Below are positions 9,413 to 18,856 of a DNA stretch of 64,000 nucleotides, in pieces. Below the pieces are notes generated by a model. That model ran no database searches. It saw nothing but the letters and a program-made list of their open reading frames with translations, and was not told the DNA's origin. Each line of letters opens with the position of its first letter. Within the stretch, counting starts at the first letter, position 1. Source of the DNA: an uncultured bacterium (GTDB lineage: Bacteria > Acidobacteriota > Vicinamibacteria > Vicinamibacterales > UBA8438). Position numbers and translations under genes: made by a program. Location: NCBI GenBank assembly GCA_963934795.1, contig CAWWAF010000006.1, positions 1,757-65,756 on the forward strand. Reading direction: 5' to 3'.

Positions 9413-9625
9413 ATGTCCAGTATCGCCTCACATGAATTGCAAGACGAATTTGCACTCCATTTCGACGTGGGTTTGATACCACTGGGCTCCGGTCGGACCG
9501 ATCGCGGCCGGGCAGTGCTGATGATGCGCGCGAAGAGCGTCATCACGCCGGGGCTCGATCTCGAAGCCCGGCTCGTCAATGACGCGGAAGCAATGCGGGA
9601 CCGGATCGCGGCCAGAGGAGCATGA
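9413..9625 (+). CDS. Candidate 70-aa protein of unknown function immediately upstream of the PQQ dehydrogenase
   Basis: GGAGGAGG lies ~6 nt upstream of ATG 9413. The stop TGA (9623-9625) sits between the two candidate ATGs of the next gene. No family recognised. Third-position GC is lower in the first third of the ORF. Confidence 0.4.
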   Translation: MSSIASHELQDEFALHFDVGLIPLGSGRTDRGRAVLMMRAKSVITPGLDLEARLVNDAEAMRDRIAARGA

Positions 9626-9627
9626 AG

Positions 9628-11583
9628 ATGACGTCAACCACAACGGCAGTGGCGGCCGTCGCGCTGTTAGGCGTCGGCGGTGTGGCCATGGCCCAGACGG
9701 GTGAGTGGCGCGCCTATAGCGCCGACCTGGCCGGAAGCAAGTACTCGGCCCTTGACCAGATCACGGCGGACAACGCGGGCAGTCTGCGGGTGGTGTGGCG
9801 GCAGCCGACCATTCCTGACGCGGTCCGGGAGGGCAGTGAGATTCGTCCGCCGGCGGTGGTGCAGAACACCCCGCTGATGGCGGACGGGCGGCTGTATGTC
9901 AGCACCGGTCTTGGCACGGTCGCCGCGCTGGACGCGATCACCGGCGAGGTGGTGTGGTTCGATCCGTTGCCCGAGGGCGTGACGAGCCGTGGGGGCGCCA
10001 GTCGTGGCGTGGCGTATTGGGACGACCCGGAGAGCGACGACGCCCGGGTCGTGGCGGTCATTGGTTCGACGCTCGTCGCACTGAACGCCGGCACGGGGGC
10101 CAGATATCCCGACTTCGGCACCGACGGCGAGGTGGACCTGACACAGGGCTACGATACGCGGCCCGTGACCGAGTTTCGGTGGCGGTCGGCTCCGCTCGTG
10201 GTCAACGGGGTGGTGATTATCGGCTCTTTTGGCACCGACTTCACCAATGACACCCAACCGGCGCGCAAAGCGATGCCGCCGGGTGATGTTCGCGGTTTCG
10301 ACGTGCGTACCGGCCAGCAGCGCTGGATCTTTCACACGGTGCCGCAGGAGGGCGAGGTGGGGAACGACACCTGGCTTACCGGTCCGAATGAGGATCAGGC
10401 GTCGTGGGAGTACACCGGCAACACGAATATGTGGGCCTGGCCCAGTGGGGACGAGGAACTCGGTCTGGTCTACCTCCCATTGTCGACCCCGACCAACGAC
10501 TACTATGGCGGCCACCGCCCGGGCGACAACCTGTTCGCCGAGAGCCTCGTGTGTCTCGACGCGCGAACCGGCGAGCTTGTATGGCACTTCCAGGCGGTGC
10601 ACCACGGCGTGTGGGACTACGACTTTCCGGCCGCGCCGAACCTGATCGATATTACGGTCGATGGTCGCGCCATCAAAGCCGTGGCGCTGGTCAGCAAGCA
10701 GGGATTTACCTATGTCTTTGATCGCGCCACAGGCGAACCGGTATGGCCGATCGAAGAGCGTGCGGTGCCCGTAGGGGACGTGCCCGGCGAATGGTACGCA
10801 GCCACCCAGCCGTTCCCGACCAAGCCGCCACCGTTCGAGCACCAAGGGGTGCTGGTGGATGATCTCATCGACTTCACGCCGGAGCTCCGCCGAGAGGCCG
10901 AGGAGATATTGGCGGGGTATGTTTCGGGTCCGCTGTTCACCCCGCCGACGGTGATCGATCCGCGTCCTGGTGGGACGCGCGGCACGATTCAGTCGCCAGG
11001 ATTGGTCGGCGGCGCTGACTGGAACGGAGCGGCCGTCGACCCCGAGACCGGTGTGTTGTATGTGCCGACGGCGCGCACGCCGGCCGTGGTTGGGTTGACC
11101 CGGTCGGAGCATCCGCGGTCGAACGTCGATTTCGTGATGCGGGCCCTTGAGATGGCCGAGGGGCCGCAAGGACTCCCGCTGCTGAAACCGCCGTATGGCG
11201 CCCTCGTGGCGATCGACCTCAACGAAGGAGAGATCAAGTGGAGCGTGGCTAACGGCGACGGTCCGCGAGACCATCCCGCGTTGCGCGACTTGGATCTGCC
11301 GCCGTTGGGACAATCGGGACGGGTGTCCCCGCTCGTGACGCGGACGCTGGTTTTTCTGGGTGAGGGGGTCGACCGGGGCATGGTGTTTCTGCCCGGGGGC
11401 GTCGGTGGCAAAGTGCTGCGTGCCTATGACAAGGAGTCAGGCGCGGTGGTGGCCGAGGTCGGGCTCCCCGGTGGGACGAGCGCGGCCCCGATGACCTACA
11501 TGGCCGGTGGCAAGCAGTACATCGTGGTCACCGTCGGCTGGACCGATATGGAGAGCGAGTGGGTCGCGCTCGCGCTCCCTTGA
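9628..11583 (+). CDS. PQQ-dependent dehydrogenase (glucose/quinate-type quinoprotein), secreted
   Basis: Signal peptide ends ...GGVAMAQ. Motifs GEWRAYSADLAGSKYSALDQI, HHGVWDYDFPAAP and C-terminal GGKQYIVVTVG are typical of 8-bladed PQQ enzymes. AGAGGAG lies 7 nt upstream of ATG 9628. Confidence 0.85.
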   Translation: MTSTTTAVAAVALLGVGGVAMAQTGEWRAYSADLAGSKYSALDQITADNAGSLRVVWRQPTIPDAVREGSEIRPPAVVQNTPLMADGRLYVSTGLGTVAALDAITGEVVWFDPLPEGVTSRGGASRGVAYWDDPESDDARVVAVIGSTLVALNAGTGARYPDFGTDGEVDLTQGYDTRPVTEFRWRSAPLVVNGVVIIGSFGTDFTNDTQPARKAMPPGDVRGFDVRTGQQRWIFHTVPQEGEVGNDTWLTGPNEDQASWEYTGNTNMWAWPSGDEELGLVYLPLSTPTNDYYGGHRPGDNLFAESLVCLDARTGELVWHFQAVHHGVWDYDFPAAPNLIDITVDGRAIKAVALVSKQGFTYVFDRATGEPVWPIEERAVPVGDVPGEWYAATQPFPTKPPPFEHQGVLVDDLIDFTPELRREAEEILAGYVSGPLFTPPTVIDPRPGGTRGTIQSPGLVGGADWNGAAVDPETGVLYVPTARTPAVVGLTRSEHPRSNVDFVMRALEMAEGPQGLPLLKPPYGALVAIDLNEGEIKWSVANGDGPRDHPALRDLDLPPLGQSGRVSPLVTRTLVFLGEGVDRGMVFLPGGVGGKVLRAYDKESGAVVAEVGLPGGTSAAPMTYMAGGKQYIVVTVGWTDMESEWVALALP

Positions 11584-11710
11584 CCCGTTGGCCCGGTAGC
11601 GCGGGTGCCGAGCAAGGTGGTGCGCAGCACAGGGGCGTCGGGCGGGTGATACGGAAGGCCGACAGCCGACACGGGCTCTGGGCCCTCTGAGACGCGACAG
11701 GAGACACACG

Positions 11711-13876
11711 ATGAACGTACGCAAGAAGATGGTGCTCGGGAGCGCCGCGGGCGGGGTGATGTTGGCGGCGCTGCTGGCGGCACCGGGGCTGATCGCGCGA
11801 CAGCCGGCGATCGCCATCGATGGCGACGACATCGGTGGGGTCGTCACAGGGCCGGACGGACCCGAAGCGGGTGTCTGGGTCATCGCCGAGACGACCGACC
11901 TGCCGACACGGTTCAATCGAACGGTGGTGACGGACGACCAGGGACGCTACGTGGTGCCGGACCTGCCCGACGCCACCTATGAGGTGTGGGTCCGGGGGTA
12001 CGGCCTTGTGGATTCGGTCAAGCAGCCGGCGTCGCCGGGCGCACGGCTGGACATGACCGCGGTGGTGGCGCCCGATGCCCATGCCGCGGCGCAGTACTTC
12101 CCGGCCGGCTACTGGTATTCGCTCCTCGAGGCGCCAGGTCCGGATGAATTTCCTGGCACCGGACCCGAGGGCAATGGCATTTCGCCGAGCATTCCGGATC
12201 AGTCCACCTGGCTTCGCGGATTGAAGTCCGGCGGGTGCACCGCGTGCCACGCTCTGGGGAACAAGGCCACCCGTGAAGTCCCGCCGCAGCTCGGCGAATT
12301 TGACTCGCTGGTCGACGCGTGGGACCGGCGAGTGCAGTCAGGGCAGGCCGGCGGCAGCATGAGCGGGGCGCTGGATCGAATGGGCCGCCGGCGCGCCCTC
12401 GAGATGTACGCCGACTGGACCGGACGCATCATGGCCGGCGAGCTTCCGCCGACGCCGCCACGGCCCCAGGGCATCGAGCGCAACGTCGTGATCACACAGT
12501 GGGATTGGGCCGACCAGCACGCCTATCTTCACGATGAGGTGTCGACCGACAAGCGCAATCCGACCGTCAACGCGAACGGGCCGATCTACGGGGCCCTCGA
12601 AGCCAGCGCCGACTACGTGCCAGTGCTCGACCCGACCAGCAACAGCATCCGGCAGCTGCGCGTGCCGGTGCGGGACCCCGACACCCCGTTGGCGGCCGGT
12701 CCGCCGATGGCGCCGTCGCCCTACTGGGGCGAGGAGGCGATCTGGGACAGCCGGGCGAACATTCACAACCCGATGCTTGACCAGGATTCCCGCGTCTGGC
12801 TGACCTCCCGCGTACGCGGGCCGGAGAACCCTCCGGACTGCCTGTCGGGGTCCGATCATCCGTCCGCGCAGGTGTTTCCCAACGCGCGGGCCAACCGGCA
12901 CCTGGCGGTGTACGACCCGGCGACCGACGACATGACGCTCATCGGTACCTGTTTCAGCACGCACCATCTGATTTTTGCTGAAGACGACAACAACACACTC
13001 TGGACCAGCGGCGGCGGACAGGTCCTCGGGTGGTTGAACACCAAGCAGTTCCTGGAGACGGGGGACGAGCTGGCGTCACAGGGCTGGAGCCCCCTGGTCC
13101 TGGACAACAATGGCAATGGTCGTCGCGACGCCTATACCGAGCCGGACGAGCCGGTTGTCGCGTCACAGGACCGGCGGATTCGGTCGGGGTTCTACGGCGT
13201 GTCTGTTGACCCGAATGACGGGTCTGTCTGGGGGTCATCCCTGGGGATGCCCGGAGCCCTCCTCCGGTTCGATCCGGGCGAGGATCCGTCGTCGACCGGG
13301 CTCACGGAACGATATGAGGTGCCCTACCAGAACCCACGGGCCGCGGTGCAGGGGTATTCGCCACGCGGCATGGACATCGACCGCCATGGCGTCGTATGGA
13401 CACCGCTGGCCAGTGGGCATCTCGCCAGTTTCGACCGCCGCAAGTGTGCTGGTCCGCTGAACGGACCGACCGCGACCGGACAACACTGCCCCGAAGGCTG
13501 GACCCTGTATGAAGAGCCGCTCCCGAAGATGAAGGGCATCACCGAGTCCGGTAGCTCCGAGGGTAGCTACTATGCCTGGGTCGACCAGTTCGATACGTCG
13601 GGTCTCGGAGCCAACACGCCCATCAGCACCGGGAACGCATCAGAGGCGCTGCTGGCCCTGACAGACGGCGAATGGGTGGTACTGCGGGTGCCCTATCCGC
13701 TAGGGTTCTACACCAAATGGATGGACGGGCGTATCGACGACGCCACCGCCGGTTGGAAGGGGAGAGGACTGTGGGCCACCTGGAGCACGCGTGCCCCGTT
13801 CCACGCTGAAACGGGCAAGGGCACGCCCAGCAAGGTGGTCAGGTTCCAGATGCGCCCCGACGGGCTCGCGAAGTAG
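11711..13876 (+). CDS. CarboxypepD_reg-like domain / single-heme cytochrome c / beta-propeller fusion protein
   Basis: AGGAGA lies 7 nt upstream of the ATG. Signal peptide present. N-terminal VVTGPDGPEAGVWV...DDQGRYVVPDLPDATYEVWVRGYG, then GGCTACHALGN (CxxCH), then a long beta-rich C-terminal region. Confidence 0.8.
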   Translation: MNVRKKMVLGSAAGGVMLAALLAAPGLIARQPAIAIDGDDIGGVVTGPDGPEAGVWVIAETTDLPTRFNRTVVTDDQGRYVVPDLPDATYEVWVRGYGLVDSVKQPASPGARLDMTAVVAPDAHAAAQYFPAGYWYSLLEAPGPDEFPGTGPEGNGISPSIPDQSTWLRGLKSGGCTACHALGNKATREVPPQLGEFDSLVDAWDRRVQSGQAGGSMSGALDRMGRRRALEMYADWTGRIMAGELPPTPPRPQGIERNVVITQWDWADQHAYLHDEVSTDKRNPTVNANGPIYGALEASADYVPVLDPTSNSIRQLRVPVRDPDTPLAAGPPMAPSPYWGEEAIWDSRANIHNPMLDQDSRVWLTSRVRGPENPPDCLSGSDHPSAQVFPNARANRHLAVYDPATDDMTLIGTCFSTHHLIFAEDDNNTLWTSGGGQVLGWLNTKQFLETGDELASQGWSPLVLDNNGNGRRDAYTEPDEPVVASQDRRIRSGFYGVSVDPNDGSVWGSSLGMPGALLRFDPGEDPSSTGLTERYEVPYQNPRAAVQGYSPRGMDIDRHGVVWTPLASGHLASFDRRKCAGPLNGPTATGQHCPEGWTLYEEPLPKMKGITESGSSEGSYYAWVDQFDTSGLGANTPISTGNASEALLALTDGEWVVLRVPYPLGFYTKWMDGRIDDATAGWKGRGLWATWSTRAPFHAETGKGTPSKVVRFQMRPDGLAK

Positions 13877-13898
13877 TGGCCGGGGGCAAACCCGTGGC

Positions 13899-14099
13899 CT
13901 AGATCGCCCGTGGGCCGCCGAGCACCCGGGCCGGAAACATGATGATGGCGCCCAGGAGGGCAAAGACGCCGCCCACGGCGATCCCTACCACCCGGAACGG
14001 GAGGAGGAGGACCCAGACAATCGTGTACACGATCAGGGCGATGAGGGCCAGCGGCCAGCACAGCACGAGTAGCAGGCACCAGAGCAGAAATTTGATCAT
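13899..14099 (-). CDS. Small (66 aa) two-TM membrane protein
   Basis: Strongly hydrophobic ORF (MIKFLLWCLLLVLCWPLALIALIVY...) with GC-rich third positions. No family recognised. Confidence 0.55.
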   Translation of the reverse strand: MIKFLLWCLLLVLCWPLALIALIVYTIVWVLLLPFRVVGIAVGGVFALLGAIIMFPARVLGGPRAI

Positions 14100-14189
14100 G
14101 CTGCCTACTCTGACGAACCCCGTGGCCTGACGGTTCCGCCCGTTCCCGTCCCCGCGCCCGCCACACCGAGCCGTCCTTTTTGTCGCGTC

Positions 14190-14990
14190 CTAACGTGCGC
14201 CTGGCTCCGTCTGGGGCGTCATGCCGGTGCGCGCGATGATCGGCGCTGCGCTGGGTGAGGCGAGGAACGCGATCAGGCGTCGTGCGGCGCCTGGGGCGAC
14301 GGCGTGCGTTGTCACCCCGGCCGAGAACATCGTGACCTTTTGCGCCTCGTCGGGAATCGGCCCGACGTAGGTGATCTCCTGAATAGGCAACAACTCGCTC
14401 ACTTGTTGGAACCCGATCGCCGCGTCGCCGCGTGCCACCACCGTGCCCACGCGCTCGCCCACGACGCGCATGCTCTTGAGAGCCATTTGTTCTGCGATGC
14501 CGAGGCGGGGAAAGAGGACGGTCGCCAGATACGTACCACTGGCGCTGGCTGAGAACGCGACCGACTCGGCCTCCAGGAGTGTGCGCGTGAAGTCGTCCAG
14601 CGTTCGGATGTCTGGCACCGTGGCGCCGTCACGCACGACCATCCCGACCAGCGATGCCGCCAAGTCGACCTGGCTGTCGGGAACGACTCGTCCTGTGCCC
14701 ACCAGCAGGTCGAGCCCTTCGCGAGCTAGGATAACCACGTCAGCGGCTTCTCCGCGGTCAATCCGGCTCGGGATGGAGGACGCTGCGCCACCCATGGAGG
14801 CGCCGTACGCCGTATTGAGGGCAATCCCCGTCTGGGCCGTGAACGTCGTCGACAGTGCCTCGTACGCGGCCGTGAAGCCACCTGAGCTCATGACGTCGAG
14901 TTGGACGACAGGCTGCGACGATGCTCCGAGCACGGCGGTGGCAGCCAGAATGGCTGCGAGTCTGAGGGGACGATACGTAGACACGCTCAC
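14190..14990 (-). CDS. Periplasmic substrate-binding protein (ModA-like / SBP_bac_11-type), orphan
   Basis: Signal peptide LAAILAATAVLGASS. Type-II PBP layout (SGGFTAAYEAL...AADVVILAR...VAFSASASGTYL...GDAAIGFQQVSE). Start uncertain: GTG 14990 chosen, track ORF extends to 15092. No permease or ATPase gene adjacent. Confidence 0.7.
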   Translation of the reverse strand: MSVSTYRPLRLAAILAATAVLGASSQPVVQLDVMSSGGFTAAYEALSTTFTAQTGIALNTAYGASMGGAASSIPSRIDRGEAADVVILAREGLDLLVGTGRVVPDSQVDLAASLVGMVVRDGATVPDIRTLDDFTRTLLEAESVAFSASASGTYLATVLFPRLGIAEQMALKSMRVVGERVGTVVARGDAAIGFQQVSELLPIQEITYVGPIPDEAQKVTMFSAGVTTHAVAPGAARRLIAFLASPSAAPIIARTGMTPQTEPGAR

Positions 14991-15189
14991 AGTGGATCGA
15001 TTATCTCCCGCGTGGCCCGCCACGCGCACGCCTCGCTGACCGTGGGGCGTCGGCGGTAGGCAGCGTCGTGCGTGCCGCATCTTCAGGTACACTCGCTTCT
15101 ACTTTGTGCGTCGCCGACGCGTCGGATCGATTGAACTAGCGGGCGTGGCTGTCCGTACTGGAACGAATGCCCATCGCGGGCCAGGGAGA

Positions 15190-16503
15190 ATGTTGATGAA
15201 CGTTTCGACAACGAAATGGGCCGGACTGGTCGTGCTCGCGGCCGCGGTGGCGACCGCTGGACTTCGCGGGGCAGAGGCCGATCTCCCGGTGATGGATGGC
15301 GTCCCGACCGCGGAAGCGGAGACCGTGGGGATGTCGTCGGAGCGCCTCGCCCGGATCGACGAGGTGATGCAGGCGTATATCGACCGGAACGAGACGGCCG
15401 GCGTCGTGACGCTGGTGGCGCGGAAGGGGAAGGTCGTGCACTTCTCCGCTCTGGGTGAGCGCGACGCTGAAAACAACGCGCCGATGACCCATGACAGCAT
15501 CTTCCGCATCGCGTCGATGACCAAGCCAATCGCGTCCCTCGCTTTGATGATGATGTACGAGGAGGGACACTTCCAGCTGCGCGACCCAATCTCGAAGTGG
15601 CTGCCTGAGTTTGCCGACATGCAGGTGGCTATTCCCTCGCCGTCGCAGGAACGCGTGACCGGGCGCTACAAGACCGTACCGGCGGAGACGCAGATTACGG
15701 TGCAGCAGATCCTGACGCATACGGCGGGCCTGCCGAACAGCTACCGCGGCATCACGCAACCAGAATTTTTGCGCATGTCGGCCGAGACGAAGCCAGGCGA
15801 TACGGTCGGCGACATGGTGAAGCGGTTGGCGATGCTGCCGCTCAATTTCCAGCCTGGTGAGCACTGGGAATATGGTCGCGCCACCGATATCGCCGGTCGG
15901 CTGGTCGAAGTGATGTCCGGGCAGACGCTCGACGAGTTCTTCACCGAGCGAATCTTCGAGCCGCTCGACATGCCCGACACGCACTTCTTTCTGCCCGAGT
16001 CGAAGCTGGACCGATTCACCGCGCTGTATGGCCCGGCCGCCAGCGGCCAGATTGCGCTGTCGGAGGCCCCGACGGCGGACAGCCGATACGTCGCTGAGCC
16101 GCATACCTACTACAGTGGCGCCGGCGGTCTCGTCTCGACCGCCCGCGACTACTTCCGGTTCCAGCAGATGATGCTGAACGGTGGGGAACTGGAGGGTACT
16201 CGTCTTGTCAGTCGGAAGACGGTGGAAATGATGACCGCCAATCACACCGGCGAGAAGGGGATCTGGTTGGCCGGACCTGGCTACGGGTTCGGACTGGGCT
16301 ACGCGGTGGTGACAGATCTCGGCCCGGCGGCGACCCCGCGCTCGGAAGGGTCCTTCTACTGGAGCGGCGCCTTCGGGACCATTTTCTGGGTTGACCCGGT
16401 CGAGGAGATCATCGGCATCGTGATGCAGCAATTACGCCCCTACACGCACATCAACGTGCGGCCCGACATGGCTTCGATGACCTATCAGGCGCTCATCGAC
16501 TAG
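15190..16503 (+). CDS. Serine hydrolase (beta-lactamase/PBP4* family), secreted; paralog of 45014..46315
   Basis: SxxK motif FRIASMTKPIAS, plus YSGAGGL and WSGAFGT. Signal peptide. AGGGAGA upstream of ATG 15190. Confidence 0.85.
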   Translation: MLMNVSTTKWAGLVVLAAAVATAGLRGAEADLPVMDGVPTAEAETVGMSSERLARIDEVMQAYIDRNETAGVVTLVARKGKVVHFSALGERDAENNAPMTHDSIFRIASMTKPIASLALMMMYEEGHFQLRDPISKWLPEFADMQVAIPSPSQERVTGRYKTVPAETQITVQQILTHTAGLPNSYRGITQPEFLRMSAETKPGDTVGDMVKRLAMLPLNFQPGEHWEYGRATDIAGRLVEVMSGQTLDEFFTERIFEPLDMPDTHFFLPESKLDRFTALYGPAASGQIALSEAPTADSRYVAEPHTYYSGAGGLVSTARDYFRFQQMMLNGGELEGTRLVSRKTVEMMTANHTGEKGIWLAGPGYGFGLGYAVVTDLGPAATPRSEGSFYWSGAFGTIFWVDPVEEIIGIVMQQLRPYTHINVRPDMASMTYQALID

Positions 16504-17837
16504 TCGTTGGCGGCGAGCGAGGCTGAAATGATCTCCTCGTCGTTTCTCGCGATGATGTGCTGATTGGCGTAGGCGGGGTGTGACCAGTTCACGTACGTCA
16601 GTTCTCGACGGTTGCCGGGGCGTGACGTTGGCGCAATCAACGCGGTCCGGCTGATCTCCTCGTAGCCCTCTGGCGACAGCTTGGCGATGATGAGGTCGCC
16701 GCGGTCGTTGTTGATGAAGACCCGGTCTTCGTGCGTGACCATGAAGGCGGTCGTCCACCGGGCGCGCTCACCGGTGGCCTCCTGCGTCTCCCAGACACGC
16801 TCGCCCGTGGCTGCCACAAGGCATCGGAGCTGTCCGTAGCTGCCGAACCCGTAGATGTGGTCGCCCTCGATGATCGGCGTGCCAATCACCCCGTGCAGGC
16901 CATCGGTCAGAATCTCGCTGCTACTGCTGCCGCGCCAGCGCATCGTGGCGTCGGGTCGGTCGTTGTCGAGTGCCAGCATCATCGGACCGTCATAGAACGT
17001 GGTGACAAATAGATCCGAGTTGCGACGCACGGGTGTGGCGACCGTCATGTCGTAGCCGACCTCGAACGGCTGCTCCCAGAAGACGTCGCCAGTGGCGGGG
17101 TCGAGGGAGGAGACGGCCAGGGGGTGCCAGATGATGAGCTGTCGTTCGCCGCCTGCCTCGATGAAGAGGGGTTGCGCCACCCCGGCTCCGGCCTCAACCG
17201 AGGAGAGTGCGCGCCAGACCTCGGCCCCTGTCGTGCGGTCGAACGCGACCACTTTCGCGTCGGGCGTGCCGCCAACGAGGGTAATCACGCGGTCGCCGTC
17301 GACAATGGGCGCGCTGCTGAACCCCCATTGTGGAATCTCCGCTGCGAAGTCCTCTACAAAGTCGGTACGCCACAGCACCTCGCCGGTGTCGACTGTGAGC
17401 GCCGTCATGATGCCGCTGGCGCCCACCGCGTACACCCGATCGCCATCGACGGTCGGGGTGGCGCGAGGACCCTCGTCCCACGCGACACCGAGGTAACTGA
17501 CGTCCCAGCTATGGGTCCAGAGAATCTCGCCGGTCTCTTCGTCCAAACAGAGAATGCGTTCCGTTCCGTCGAGCCCCCGTGTTCGCTCGAAGTCGGTGAT
17601 GAAGATACGTCCATCCGCCACGGAGGGGCCGGAGAAGCCATGGTGAATCGGTGTGCGCCAGCGCACCGCGAGCCCCTCCTCCGGGAAGGTCTCAAGGATG
17701 CCGTCCTCCGTCCAGACACCGATGCGACCCTCGCCGCGGAATTCCGGCCAGTCATTGGCTGACGGCGCGGCAAGACTCAGCGTGAACGCCGCAGTGACGG
17801 CCAGTAGATACGGTGCGATGCGGCTAGGTGTTTTCAT
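16500..17837 (-). CDS. PQQ-like (BamB-type) beta-propeller repeat protein, secreted
   Basis: N-terminal SANDWPEFRGEGRIG, followed by repeated ...DG.IY..... A.D..TGE.LW... blades. Confidence 0.8.
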   Translation of the reverse strand: MKTPSRIAPYLLAVTAAFTLSLAAPSANDWPEFRGEGRIGVWTEDGILETFPEEGLAVRWRTPIHHGFSGPSVADGRIFITDFERTRGLDGTERILCLDEETGEILWTHSWDVSYLGVAWDEGPRATPTVDGDRVYAVGASGIMTALTVDTGEVLWRTDFVEDFAAEIPQWGFSSAPIVDGDRVITLVGGTPDAKVVAFDRTTGAEVWRALSSVEAGAGVAQPLFIEAGGERQLIIWHPLAVSSLDPATGDVFWEQPFEVGYDMTVATPVRRNSDLFVTTFYDGPMMLALDNDRPDATMRWRGSSSSEILTDGLHGVIGTPIIEGDHIYGFGSYGQLRCLVAATGERVWETQEATGERARWTTAFMVTHEDRVFINNDRGDLIIAKLSPEGYEEISRTALIAPTSRPGNRRELTYVNWSHPAYANQHIIARNDEEIISASLAAND

Positions 17838-17933
17838 GTGTCCTCACAACGTGGTCTCGCCCTTGCAGCTAGGCCGCACGTCACGGCCGAGCGCCCTGGA
17901 GCGCCGTGCCTTCTACTCCTGGCGGCCGGCTGT

Positions 17934-18842
17934 CTACTGCGCGTCCAACTCGTCATAGATCGCCTTCGCATTCGCGGCCGCGCGGTCCATGGCATGGTCG
18001 GGGTAGCGGGTTTGAAGGTCCAGCGCGACGACCGCCTCGTCAACCGTTCGACCCGCCTCCTTCGAGGCGCGTACCGAGTCGAGGAAGTGGCGGTTGAATC
18101 GCGCGTATTCCTCGACATGGTCCCACGTGATCCAGGCCGGCATCGGGCTCCCGGTGGGTGGCGGAATGTGGCCTGGAATCACACGACGGATACCATCGAT
18201 GGAGGCGACGACACGGTCGAGCGTGTCGGGATAGGCGACACCGCTTCCTCCATTGTTCACGTCGATGTACGGCGTCCCCATGAATGCGAACAGGTCGCCC
18301 AGGTGGGCCATCCCGAGAGCCGGGAACACGACGACGACGTCGCCGTCTGTGTGGCCCGCGCCGAAGTGATAGAGATCGATTTGGTCCCGTCCCTGCAGGA
18401 GGGTCATTTTGTCGGTAAACGTGCGGTCCGGTAGCCCGTCCGCTCCCTGGCCGGCAAAGACCTCCATCTCCTGCATCCGAGCCGACGCCCTCTCGTGGGC
18501 GACGATCTCGACGCTAGCCGGGAAGTCGATATTCCCGCCGACGTGGTCACCATGCGTGTGCGTGTTGATGATGGTGGTTACCGGCTGGTCGCTGATCAAT
18601 CGCATCGTGTCCAGTATCGACTGTCCCCAACCGGCCAGCTTGGTATCGACCAGCACGACGCCATCGTTTTCAGTGACCAGGGCCGCCGTATGTCCTCCGC
18701 CACCGCTGATGACATACAGGTTCTCGCGGACGTCCAACGACTGAATGGCGACCGGCCGCTCCTCCTGCGCGGTGCTGCCAGCGGCGGCGATCGAGAGAAG
18801 TGCGAGGGTCGTTAATCCGCCGAGGGCCATCGTTCGTAGCAT
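17934..18842 (-). CDS. MBL-fold metallo-hydrolase, secreted; paralog of 52278..53246
   Basis: INTHTHGDHVGGN (HxHxDH), GAGHTDGD, and a signal peptide. The start lies 14 nt after the formamidase stop, with GGAGG in the spacer. Confidence 0.85.
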   Translation of the reverse strand: MLRTMALGGLTTLALLSIAAAGSTAQEERPVAIQSLDVRENLYVISGGGGHTAALVTENDGVVLVDTKLAGWGQSILDTMRLISDQPVTTIINTHTHGDHVGGNIDFPASVEIVAHERASARMQEMEVFAGQGADGLPDRTFTDKMTLLQGRDQIDLYHFGAGHTDGDVVVVFPALGMAHLGDLFAFMGTPYIDVNNGGSGVAYPDTLDRVVASIDGIRRVIPGHIPPPTGSPMPAWITWDHVEEYARFNRHFLDSVRASKEAGRTVDEAVVALDLQTRYPDHAMDRAAANAKAIYDELDAQ

Positions 18843-18856
18843 GTCGCAGGGGCCTC

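Noticed and set aside
9667-11313. Very long ORFs antisense to real genes: 9667..11313 (548 aa), 4143..5447, 15136..16431, 20281..21645, 31184..32395, 47788..48537, 61565..62422, and many ORFs of 60-200 aa in the track.
   Set aside because: Their translations are Arg/Pro/Gly-rich and low in complexity, with no recognisable motifs. They lie in the shadow frame of genes that have clear family signatures. This is the expected artefact of stop-codon-poor, high-GC DNA.
16500-16503. Convergent gene pairs share a palindromic CTAG as overlapping stop codons, here and at 3187..3190.
   Set aside because: This is a trivial consequence of TAG being its own partial reverse complement in tightly packed convergent genes. 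It has no functional implication that I can support.
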